Of a DNA stretch of 64,000 bases, positions 44,071 through 55,211 are shown one piece after another. A program made the translations under genes and the position numbers. Source of the DNA: Lepidodermella squamata (lineage: Eukaryota; Animalia; Gastrotricha); the NCBI GenBank assembly GCA_047495785.1, contig JBLDXI010000020.1, positions 1,054,001 through 1,118,000 on the forward strand, in the 5' to 3' direction. Numbering within the stretch: the stretch's first letter is position 1; each line of letters opens with the position of its first letter. The notes under the pieces are model-generated. The model searched no databases, was not told the DNA's origin, and saw only the letters and a list, made by a program, of their open reading frames with translations.

Positions 44071-46988
44071 CTACTTTGTTCCGCATCCTCTCATCGTACA
44101 ACCTTGAGTTCCAGCGCCATGGCTAAGAAGAACTCGAACTGTTTCAGTCTTTCCATTAGCAGCCGCCAGCATCAGAGCAGTTTTCCCTTCCTTATCCCGC
44201 AAATCAACCTCAGCTCCTCTTTCAAGCAGATAGAACACAATAGGAGTATGTCCCTTGTTACTCGCTATATGTAGAGCAGTCTGCCCTGTAGTTACAGTTT
44301 TGGCGTTGACGTCACAGCCACGCTCCACTAACGCACTGACAGTTGCCAAATGCCCGGCATCTGCCGCGTAGATCAAAGCAGTGTTGCCAAGATTGTCCCT
44401 CGCATTCACAGACGCACCTTGACTGACCAAATAGTAAACTAAGCTCGGATTTCCGTTTCCAGATACCAGGATCAGCGGCAGCTTTCCTTCGTAATCTTCC
44501 TTAACGTTAACATCAGCGCCGGCGTTGATCAGTAGACCAAGCACAACTTCGCTTTGGTTGCAGGCGGTGGCTCGATGAATTGCAGTGCCGTTCGAGTTCC
44601 TCCAACGGCAGTCACCTCGCATTTGGCGATCGCGCCAGTTCATGTTAAGATAGCCCAGTCTTATGAGGTTCTGCAGTGTTGAAAGGTCACCAGTTGCAGC
44701 TGCATCGCACAATTGACCTTGTTGCCTCTCGATTAGAGCGGATCTGTCCTGAAAGTAAAAAAAGACCAAACATGATACCTAGAGTAAATCCAATAGAGAT
44801 ATACGGTAGTAGTCGTTATAGGGGTCGTTGTGAGAGCTGAAAGAGATAGATTCAAAACTGAATGGCGGAAGAGTTGAGGGAAACATACGTCTACATTGCC
44901 CGGGGGTGGACCAGCGACCACTTTCTTGGCAAATAATCACGAATGGTCCATCCAAGTAGTAACCAGCATTGCAGGCACTCGTTCGACTCGCCCCAACAGT
45001 TGCAGAGGCCGAAGCACTATTCACAATGTAGCCATTGGGGATCTGCGGCAACGTCTCACAAGCTTGATATGAATAGTAAACATTTGAAAAGGAATCGATT
45101 GAATAGTAAACTCACTGATTATTCTCGAGCAGATTCCGGGCTGACTCCAAGAGCCGGAGCTTTGGCAAGAAATGCTAGCAGCTCCATTCAGGACATAACC
45201 CTGGTTGCAGCCAATGGTTCTCATCGACCTGACGGTTGATGATCCAGAGCTGACCATACCATTTGCAATGTAAGGGACGGATTGGCAAGTTACAGGCGGT
45301 GGTGTAACGGTCGCCGGAGCGTTGCATTGACCCATTCGCGGACTGAAAGAGCCGTCATTGATGCAGTAGTAAACTTCGTTTCCAGAAACGTAGAATCCGG
45401 AGAGACAAGCTAGGCGAACAGCTGTTCCAGCGACGATGATGGAGCTCTCGGGAAGGGTGCTTCCATTAGGATCGATGAAGTAGCCAAAAGTGGCAGCAGG
45501 AATCACACACTATGGGAAAACTTAAAACTTAACAATGAGATTTCACAAGGATTAATAGTTGTTTACCCTTCCAACAGGACGACCGCCAGTGTTAGAAGGA
45601 ATGCAAATACCAGGCTGCGACCATACGCCGTAGGCGTAGCATACAATGACGTTAGCCCCACTTAACGCAAAACCAGTGTTACAAACAACAGATCGAGTTG
45701 CTCCGACTGTTGCCGATCCCTCGTCGATATAGCCGTTCTGAACTATTGGCACGTTTTCGCAGCCGACATTTGAAAAAGAAGCACCGGATACAGGGAGCCT
45801 ACGCACGGCAGCTACATTCGCCAACGTCGTTGGCAGGGTTGTTGAAGTTAGTTCTAAAAGACGATCCACCTAACCAAGTATACTGATAAGTTCTACGCCA
45901 TACCTCGTCTGATCTTGACAAAGTTGTAGATCCATGGCAAAGCGGCGCAAAGTCTATTGTAGATCGCAGGATTTTCCGGTGTGTATCTGCTACAGGACAG
46001 GTCGCTATGTGACACCAATCCGATGAGGAATGTTTTCTTCAACTGAGAATTCTGGCATATAACAGGCGAGCCTGGTTCCCCTACACACGGGTCGGGTTTC
46101 GTCGTCTCGGTATTGCCTCCTGCACACATTTTCGCAGGTGATAACAGCAATCCCCTCATCCTAGTCCAGGCAGTTTGGCAAGCAACTGCAGTCAGAAGAG
46201 GTAACTGCCCCTTACGTAAGATTGAGGAAGCCGAAGAGTTCCATCCTGCAATTATACCCGTTATACACGAGTCGATACCCGTTTGCTGTCTCTGCTGGCA
46301 CGTGACGTCGTTAGCTAAGGAGATCGGTCGAATCGACGAGCTGCTGTTGACTCGAATCGGAGAGTTGAGTTTGACCAATGCGAAGTCGTAGTTATAACTA
46401 CGCTCGTCATAGTTGGGGTGGACGAAAATTCCAATCGAAGGCTGTGACTGCTCTCCTGGCTCTGTAGAGATGGAGATATCAAACTTCCCAAGGTATGCCA
46501 TCACTCTGTAAACAAAAATTTGCAATAAACCAGCTAATATAATGATGTAGTTACAGAGTGGCATTGGGGGACGTAACACAGCTGGCTGAGGTGAGTATCC
46601 ATTGGTCCGAAATAAGAGTCCCTCCACACCATCGACTCTCCTGTTGGCCGCGAGAGAACGCTTTTAGTCGAACCTAGTCAATCTCAACCTTTATTATCCA
46701 TGTATTTCATGTTATTTTCTGTAAATTCACCATCCATGGGAATTCTCCTGGTGTTGTAACTTCACCTTCGTATAGAGGAGGCTTTCTATAGCTTGGGATT
46801 CCGTCGCCGTCATCGTCTGGCTGGGGGTTTCTGACGTTCCAGTTACCTAGGCCGGCATTACCGACCTGATCTGTTGGTTGATAGTAGTCGTAAATATTCA
46901 TCGAATTTTCGTTATCAGTGTCATCAGCCAATGCTGATGTTAACACTGATAAAATTCCTAATAGAAGAAAACTAAGTTTTCTGGCCAT
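44071..46988 (-). CDS. Multi-exon secreted mosaic: inactive trypsin-like serine protease homolog + 4 sushi/CCP domains + Thr linker + ~6 ankyrin repeats
   Basis: Signal peptide; PGEFPWMV, CGGTLISDQWILTSASC, YDFAL, CVGEPGSP. In-phase GT-AG introns 45903-45854 and 44804-44749 link protease to CCPs and CCPs to ankyrins (G.TALH.A...G, V..LL..GA.V). Confidence 0.75.
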
Positions 46989-48107
46989 CGCGTCGTGTGA
47001 GATTGAATGTTTTTGTTAATCAAGCGAAAAATTCATGAGTCGTGACAAAAGGGCTATTGTTCTGGAGCTAAGCTCTCACAATCAAGGTTTTTTGAAGTCT
47101 GAACACATTTTTACAAAAATTGCATCAAGGCCCCGGTCACCGTATACTGTTAGCGGCACCCCCGCATGTGAGGCGAACATGACTTCAAATCTCCGTACGA
47201 TGAAAGTTCCCATTCGCAACCTTATCCGAAGAGTATCAACCTTTTAAATAGACCCTGTTTCAGATATAAGGATTGAGAAGGCCTTTCGCGTTTCGCTTCA
47301 AGATGTATCTATAGTCTTGACAATTTGCAAGCTATCAAAATTCATCAGTAACTCAGTAATTCATCAATAACTTCCAGGTTGTTTATTTGAAATCGCACAT
47401 GGATCTAGCATGTCGTAGTTTATTTTTATAGGCCCTCCGCCGGTAGGCGCTATAGGCGCTTTAGATCTAACATCTAAAAATGTGTTAAAGGGCATGTTTT
47501 TGTTTTGAATAAGTCCTTGCCAAGCGCACCTTCCGAGTGTCACTGTATCAACTTCTAGTCTAGCGGATACAGATATATAGCGATCATGCCAACTTTTCTT
47601 TTAACTTCCAGGATCGCTACCAAGCAATTGTTGACACATATTTCCGTCTTAGACTGATCCTGAATTCGGAAACAGGAGCTTCGCTTCCTTAAGAGTAGCA
47701 AAATGTCTGCTGAAAGCTTAGAGACGAATAACATGTTGAAAGGGACACCATGTCTTCTTTAATCCAAATAGGATTTCATTACACCTTCCTATGGAGGGAT
47801 GCAACTGTCGTACGCTGAACATAATCTAATCACGATATAAGAGAGAATAAGAGGTTTAACAGTGGCAAAGATTGCGAACTATTCCGATGAAGCGAACCTT
47901 CTTTTTCAATAGGTATACATGATTGCTTTGATACATTTTACTCGTTATGAGGCTCGAGTCAACGCGCCGAGAGCGTCTATGACGGATGGTGGTACAAATA
48001 AAAATCCTTCACGTGCGAATATGAAATTGAAGGCTACATATATTTTCAAACAACAACTATGGTGCAGAATTCCCCAGTAAAACGTTAATATATATCCAAT
48101 TATCCAT

Positions 48108-50492
48108 TTATCGGGTTGCCTTGCGGAAATGACCAAGAAGCGGTACCCAAAACACTGCAGCTGCTGTTGAGTTTCCATGTAAGATTAGCCCAATAGACCA
48201 AATTAACTGTCTGGTTATCTGCCTGGAGGCTATAAACGCACCAGCGACGACGAGAGCAGGAATCGCAATGGCGTTAGCCATAGCCAGCTGCAAAGAGTTG
48301 AACTCACTTCCCAGGGCAGGCATCATAGGCTCTTGGCGCAGTTTGAAGACAAGGAAGCAGCATAATATGGCCGGGATCGCGTAAAAACCAGCAAACATGC
48401 CCTGCCATATGATAGTTGATGACGAGGTGAAGCAAAACAGCTGGGTCACATCAAAGTACTGGTCGTCGTTATCAGAGAACATGATAGGGCCTGTCACTGC
48501 CACTGGCGATGGAGCTTCGGTGGATATCATCCAGATTGCAACAACGATGGCGTGAATGACTGTGCAAATCAAATTTCCTAAAATGCTTGGTCGGTGGGAT
48601 TTTCTCCTGTGCTCAAGTATCAAGCTAAGCTCTGGAGGGGCTCCATGATGTGCTGGTTTTATTAGCGGACTTCCCCTGCCGGCAATAGGGCTTCGAACTC
48701 TTATCAGTTGTTGACAAACTTGCGGCGTCAACCGTTTTCTATAAGGCTTGTAGACGCGGTATATGAACGAATGCAATGATAGAAGTTTGGTGAACAATGC
48801 TATCACAGTGATACTTGCTCCCATCGTCGTTAGTGATACCTGACAGTAACACACTCCAACATCGAGAGGGGCGATGAATGCTATAGCTGCAATGTCTTCC
48901 AAGATTGCCCCGAAAACTATAAAGATGTTGATCGAATTTTTACCGGTTACGGAGTACTTTTTGTTCGCCTTCGCGAAGATGCAAATCGCGGTGAAAATCA
49001 TCAGCAAGGTGGCTAACAGGAGCGAGACCATTAGAATAACCAAGAATGCCGCGGGGGATACTCGTCTTACTATGTGGTTTACGCCGGACAAATCTCTAGG
49101 AATTTTTCCAGTTTTGGTTCTCCAAATCGGCTGTTCATATTCTACTAGAGTGTAATAGCTGGAGTTTCGAAGCGTAAGACTGGTCTCACCGTTATGCCAC
49201 ATTCGCGTAATGATGTAGAGTCTATGATCTGTGGTCCAGTATTGGGATATTGACATAAGCCTTCTATCTGCTTCGAGTCGATCTTTTGAGTACCACAGTC
49301 TGAATTGCAGACCCTCATAATTCCCCGATGCAGCAGACTGATTCACGGCAGTCATTACGATCTCGGGTGTGTTCGAGTAGTTTCTTAGGGTAAGATTTGC
49401 TGTTTGCTTTAGATGGAGGTCCCCTTGATGTAGGGAAGTCAACGTTTGCAACATGGCGTCGTGACAAATGTACCTTCGAGTCCAGTCGGGAGAACGGGAT
49501 GCATTTGTTATCAAATCTAGCCGACGGTCGAACTCTTTAGTGTCATATCCAAGCGTTGTGTTCTTATTAGTTGGCAATGCCAACCCCTCATCATTTCCTA
49601 CAAATACAGTAAATTCGTACTGTTGAACCACCGTTGTCGAAGTGCAGCCAGGAGGTAGAGTGATTTCAGGGCTGTAAGGGTCAGCATAGGCGTTGGTAAA
49701 AGCGACAAAAAGGAAACGCGGACCTCGAACTCCTTCTTTGTGAGCCAGGCAGAGAAAGGCCAGTAATCGTGGGGATTCGAAGAACGTCAAGTAAACGATT
49801 CTCGCATTGCTTGACGCTAGAGATTGGGCTGTCTCAGGTGATTCAAAATCGATGATATGAGCAAACCAGACAACGCTGATCGAAGCAGCTTCGAATACTT
49901 CATAGATAACTTTCGCGACAATGAACTCAGATAAATTGCCTGGGAAATAGATCAGGCCGACCTGGAGCCATCTGCCAACGTTTTTAGCGAGATGAAGCAT
50001 GACTGCGAAGTTGTTTTCCTGAGAAGTCACGCGTCGATACAAATTCGGAAAACTTATACGATTGTCGGTAAAAATAGCGCCACCGCACCAGGTCGCAAAC
50101 TGAACCATATTATGATGTCGGGCTATGTCGGAGAAAGTTTTGCAAACGTAGTAGCTCCCAATTACGGCCGGGGCAAGATAGCCTTTTACAGTAGGGTCAT
50201 AGTTTTCCTCCTCGAATTTCGACAAGAAGCTCATCAAATTTTTCGGCGCCAACTCTGCAAGAGAACCTTCATCGGCATAAGTTACCTCAACTCGATAATC
50301 CGTCAGCATGGCGTCATTTGCATTAACTTCGTCTACAGCAACTTGCATTGAAGCTTGACATACTTTTCCGTCCGCTGGCTCACTGCCAGAGAAGGGGATG
50401 AATGCCAACAGTGATAGCCGATCTATAGCCAGAGCAGGCGATAGCAATACTAGGTACCAGGACAAGAGTACCAAATCGTATATCGAAGTCAT
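48108..50492 (-). CDS. Intronless GABA-B-like class C GPCR, paralog 5
   Basis: Signal peptide; CQASMQVAVDEVN, FPNLYRR, FLCLAHKEGVRGPRFLF, ICHDAMLQ, WRT..G.IPRD, 7 TM segments. Confidence 0.88.
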   Translation of the reverse strand: MTSIYDLVLLSWYLVLLSPALAIDRLSLLAFIPFSGSEPADGKVCQASMQVAVDEVNANDAMLTDYRVEVTYADEGSLAELAPKNLMSFLSKFEEENYDPTVKGYLAPAVIGSYYVCKTFSDIARHHNMVQFATWCGGAIFTDNRISFPNLYRRVTSQENNFAVMLHLAKNVGRWLQVGLIYFPGNLSEFIVAKVIYEVFEAASISVVWFAHIIDFESPETAQSLASSNARIVYLTFFESPRLLAFLCLAHKEGVRGPRFLFVAFTNAYADPYSPEITLPPGCTSTTVVQQYEFTVFVGNDEGLALPTNKNTTLGYDTKEFDRRLDLITNASRSPDWTRRYICHDAMLQTLTSLHQGDLHLKQTANLTLRNYSNTPEIVMTAVNQSAASGNYEGLQFRLWYSKDRLEADRRLMSISQYWTTDHRLYIITRMWHNGETSLTLRNSSYYTLVEYEQPIWRTKTGKIPRDLSGVNHIVRRVSPAAFLVILMVSLLLATLLMIFTAICIFAKANKKYSVTGKNSINIFIVFGAILEDIAAIAFIAPLDVGVCYCQVSLTTMGASITVIALFTKLLSLHSFIYRVYKPYRKRLTPQVCQQLIRVRSPIAGRGSPLIKPAHHGAPPELSLILEHRRKSHRPSILGNLICTVIHAIVVAIWMISTEAPSPVAVTGPIMFSDNDDQYFDVTQLFCFTSSSTIIWQGMFAGFYAIPAILCCFLVFKLRQEPMMPALGSEFNSLQLAMANAIAIPALVVAGAFIASRQITRQLIWSIGLILHGNSTAAAVFWVPLLGHFRKATR

Positions 50493-50988
50493 TATATTAA
50501 GCTTTATCCTCTACAAGTTATCTATTCAATAATGTACGCAATAGCTCAAACATACAAAGTAATGCATACGTCGGGTTTTAAGTCCCCTGTCAGAGTTACG
50601 AGTGCGCTTCCGTTCGTTGGATATCTTACAGACATTGAGCACATGATATGTCCTCTAGTAAGTTTTAAGACGTCAGTTTTGTTACTTATCAAACCGGAAG
50701 AAAAGGAATTCTATGACACACCCCCGAGTCTACAAATGGTCCACGCAGACTCGCCATCAAATTGCTATCAATTTGACGTGATCAGCTTTTTCATAAAAAC
50801 AGGAAACTCCCCGCTCCCCGCTTCAACTATATGTGGTCTATATGTCATTTTACCAAAGGGACAGACTCCTCGAGCATGCGGATTTATGAGCATAGGCTAC
50901 TCGATATGATACCCCACTTTTCTGATTTTTCCAGAAGCGTCATCTGTATGACGTACGTGAGCCACCACCTCAGAAGCTAGCATGTGAG

Positions 50989-52984
50989 CACGGACCCACA
51001 TCTTTTCATCGGAACAATAAAAACTTTCATCGTACTCTTTTTCATTACCGTAAACACTGAATGTAAACACTCGTACTTAAGGTTGGTCTTATATTCGCTG
51101 CTTTTCCAAAAAAAGTACATTTTAGTTCAAAAAACAATTATATTCGAATCACCCACCTTATAAAAAGGTACTATTTTTTGATGAGTAAAAAACGACTGTT
51201 TTGATAGGCCGTCAATATTTTATAGTCAAAAATGTTCGGAAAATTTTTCACGCACTCATCGCAACTCTCAACACTGGCAGCAATAAGAAAGCGGGCTTTT
51301 CTAGCTGTTTACTACGAATATAAATTTGCATTTCATCAAGGCTTCAAGTCCGCGATGGGGAGTGGAAGGGGCTGTAAGGTTAAAATTTCTAGAGGCTGTC
51401 GTATTTGAGCGCAGATTTGAGATAATATGAGCCCAAGGGCAGCCTTTTCGCTTTCTTATTTCAAAAAGTACTTGAATATAAGGTTGAATAACTAATATTG
51501 CCTCGGCAAAATATTTTTTCAAAAAGTTCTCTTTTAAACGGTGGTACTCTTTTAAACGGCGGTCTACCTAATGATCGAGCCTCCCTTAAGTACGAGTTTT
51601 TACGGTAAACCATCGGAAAAACAATTTTTCAGAAAATTTCGCATTAAACCATCGGAATCGAAAACGTGCATTAATCCATCGGAACACACCATTATTTCAT
51701 CGGAACACGCCATTAATTCATCGGAAAAGGGGTTCTATAAGTTTAGTGGTCATATTTCAAGATTGCCTTATTGATAATAAATGGAATTGTTGCGAAATTA
51801 CGCCTCAGATGATGAGGCAGAAGGTAGGGGCCAATCAATTCTTTTCCGAATCCGCTGATGAGAATAGGAAGACCTCGAAATCGTTGATAAGTCGCCTTAT
51901 GTGATCAATTATGAATTCGACGAGCAGCCAGCGAAAAAAGGAGAAAAACCTTTTTGGCCCGTAGTGATTTCTCGCAATTTTCTTCTCAAATTGCTAGCAG
52001 CGGCCTAGTCGATGCGATCCACAAGGTCATCCAAGGGAGTTACGTCAAGACGGCTATTATCCCGTGTTTCGTGCTTGAGATTTTAAGGCTATGTGTTACT
52101 TTCATATGAAGTTTAACTGCCGCAAATGCTTCGGAAGTAAGTGCTTTATTTGGTTTTCCGATGGTTTCAGTCAGTAATTTGCTGTTACAGCGGGTGGAAT
52201 TAAGCTTTGGTACGCGGTCCACGAAGCTGTCGTCCAACTGGCGAAAGATTAAAACGAGGCATTTCCGACGGTTTCAGACGATAATTAATTAATTTCTCTT
52301 TGCATTTCCTATTGTTATGGCTATCGACGAAGGATGAGCTTAGGGCTATTCCTATAATGCTTACGTTTACGAAGGCTTCATTAAGTAATTCGAGCCAATT
52401 AATATCTATGGTCCGCTGTCGTTGTTGGTTGGTATGAAGGCGCCTCTGATTTTATAATAATAACGCACTATAACTAATAACGCATATGAATCGCTGAATA
52501 ATTGGCTAAAGGCTGAAAGAACTGATAGAGGACTGTCCCGACCTCGCTGCATTTCTCTCGAAAAACGACGATGTCATCAATCACTGGATTTCTGGAACCT
52601 TTGGTTGCTGAGCCTAGACAAGGTCGCGAGCGTGGTCGTAGTACGGCTTTTGTTCCAGCCCAACATCGATTTGTGTTGACGAAACTGTCTGTAGCCGAGG
52701 TCGTGGCAAATTCACCAGCTCTGTTTCTGTCGACGTAGGAAAAAACGGAGGGCTAACAACTCGAAATACGCAACGGGGTGGAAATTTTAAAACAGCTTTC
52801 TAATTATTCGTCGGAAATCAGTATCTTAAAGTGTCGGAATATACTGTTATTGAAATGAAGCTTTTCCGATGAAATAGGATGCATTTTTAATAGCAAAATA
52901 TTTATTCCGATAGTTCCGATGGTTTCAGATAAAAATGGTACGATGAAAGTAATTATTGTTCCGATGATTTGAAGTTACTTCGTG
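50989..52984. mobile_element. Non-autonomous CMC (CACTA/Mirage/Chapaev)-type transposon with CACG...CGTG termini and 2-bp TSD
   Basis: Both ends read CACG-N14-CATCGGAACAATAA..ACTTTCATCGTAC. Subterminal CATCGGAA arrays at 51611-51727 and inverted at 52864-52967. AG duplicated at 50987-88 and 52985-86. Confidence 0.75.
51048..51605. mobile_element. Tc1/mariner-superfamily (pogo/Tc2-like) MITE nested in the CMC element
   Basis: TA-CCGTAAA...ACTCGTACTTAAGG / CCTTAAGTACGAGTTTTTACGG-TA. Removing it restores CATTAAACCATCGGAA, matching the host repeat unit at ~51642. Confidence 0.8.
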
Positions 52985-53174
52985 AGCACGTGCGCTACGA
53001 TCCTGGATAATGCCCACAAATCATCGCTTCTTACGTAGGCAGGGATTCGATTTGACACAATCCACGACGCAATCTATTTTGATTTATAAAGCTGACTCGC
53101 AAATTTGATTAATTAGGATGTTTGGTAAGGATAAGTCAAGCTTTCAGCTGTTCTCATTCCATTCAAGCCTTTTA

Positions 53175-54845
53175 CAGTGCTCCCTCGATAAAAGCACTGG
53201 GTCGGGAGCCAGACCCGGTCTTTAAACAAGGGAAAGCTATAACGAGGGCTGTAATTGAATGCAGAAGCTAAAAATAGACCGTTTCTACGACTTAAGACAG
53301 TTGGCATGCCAACGCGCAGAAAGAGACGGACACGGATTACGTGTCATTACAAATTTCGCTCGCTGAAGGCTGTGAAACAGTAACACTATGAATTGTAAGT
53401 TCGTCGCCAAGTTTTTATTCTTATTTGCCAGGGCGGCTTTGATTTGACTGGTTAGCCTTGTTTTTTACTCTGATTTCAAGTCCTGCCTGGGGTTAACGAA
53501 CTCAGAATAAAAAAAACCTGGAATCTCATCATTTCAATTTACTTCAAAAATGCCAAGCTCGTCCGATTTCGCAAACAAATTTCATTTGAAATCACAGCTT
53601 AAAAAATCAATCACCTCGGTCAAGATTGACCAGAATACTTCGTAGAATTAGTTAAAAAATGAAAATTGAAACAATTAGGATGAATAATGTATTTTCGACA
53701 ATTTTTTCGCGGTTAACCTGAATTTTTCTTTTTTAAATTCATCGAATTAATGGCATTGAGCAATCACGGGCCGATTTCAAGGCATAAGGCGTGTGGTTCC
53801 GTCAAGAGGGAAGAGGGAACAAGAGGATGTTTAGATTGAATATAGAATAAATTTGTATCTTCTCAGGCGTGATCTCGTTTTCATTCAACTGGCCTATTAA
53901 GATCAGAACAAGGTACAAAATCGGGCAGAAGCTCCCGCCGCCCCTCCTCGGGATGTTGCGATTTTCAAAGTCAAAATTGAATGATTAAAAGTTGTGAAAA
54001 AACCCGTAAAATTGCCAAGACGTTGAGGAATGAAATCGTAGAGTAGTGGCAGCCATTTTCATGTTAGATCAGGCCTATCGACTATCGAAAATCGGCTAAT
54101 AATTCCAATAACTCAGGGAAACTGGAACGAATGAAATCGGTCTAATTTTATGAGAATGAATCCATGTATCGAAATTAAAATAAATCTTAAAACAAGGACA
54201 TGATTCTTCATGATTACGCAACCCAGCCGGGAACAAAATTAGGAAGTTTCATTTTCCTTAAAAAAACACGATTTATATCCCGATTTGATCATGCTAATAA
54301 TGCTGGTAAATGTCAAGAGATTTTCTGGCCGGGAAAAAGCTAAAAAATGAAAAATCAGGGCAGTTCAGATGAGCCTTTTAGTTGATCAGCAATTGACGTG
54401 AAGAAAAATCTGCAAATCAAGGAGATGGAAGATTGACGGGCATTTTTATAGTTATTGAAATGAATTGCTGATTTTGTCTGATAAACTGGCGTAATTTCTG
54501 ATGAAAAAGTTTAACAAAAAAACAAGACGACTTGAGTGGCAGCTAATCCACACACTCTGTTGCGTAATCACAGCCATTTCAAAGCCACAGGAACAGCTTA
54601 ATGCACTGATGATCTTTCAACTCGTTTGGACTAAACTTGAAATAACTGGATCTCTCAAAACCACGACAACGCGACGCTAGGTTTCTAGGAACGCTAATTT
54701 TTCACGCTTAATTTTTTTAATCTATCAAATAATTATTATTTGTTTAATTAAAAATTTACAACTAATTTATTTAGCAGGGTCCAAAATTACGGTCTACAAA
54801 CGAGGGAGTTCGTTTAAGGAGGGTGCCACTAACGAGGGAGCACTG
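53175..54845 (+). mobile_element. Decayed pogo/Tigger-like DNA transposon
   Basis: TA-CAGTGCTCCCTCG ... CGAGGGAGCACTG-TA. Disrupted transposase-like traces (NEIGL resembling DETGL at ~54130; ILHDYA...KNT...PFDH...NVKRF at ~54200-54325). Confidence 0.7.
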
Positions 54846-55211
54846 TATTCGCCTTTTTTGTTAATCAAGTGCAGGTCAAACAATGGGTATAAACTTCTGA
54901 TGACTTGTTTTGAATTTTTCAAGGACTTCGTTTAAAACTGACTTGATTCGGCGTCCTAATGATATCACACCACCAAAAATGAAACATCTTTTCAATCGGT
55001 CGAAATGACTTGTTTTGGGCTAAAGCTCCGAATGCAACGTAATTTTGGGAATAAGGATCTCTCGCAAGAATAAAGTCAATTGTATTAGCTAAACGGATAA
55101 TTGAAGTAAGCTAAAGCATTACGAAGTAGAGCAAAAATGGGCTAGTAAGTGGACATCCATTAATAAAGTTTCAGTTGCAAGCCCTCGCTATACTCGGCTA
55201 GTGTTGTGTTT

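Noticed and set aside
45790-45905. Apparent stop after the protease domain (GGSSFRT...CRA*), implying separate genes
   Set aside because: The acceptor at 45854 (CTTTTAG) gives an in-frame join to the Thr-rich linker and CCPs with a typical 50-nt intron.
47400-47900. Possible decayed coding or TE sequence
   Set aside because: No termini or recognisable motif could be established.
50532-50909. 125-aa ORF divergent from GPCR paralog 5
   Set aside because: Lies in the promoter region and has no protein-family features.
51611-51727. CRISPR-like repeats (CATCGGAA with short spacers)
   Set aside because: Eukaryotic context, only an 8-bp unit, and mirrored at the other end of a transposon, so these are subterminal repeats.
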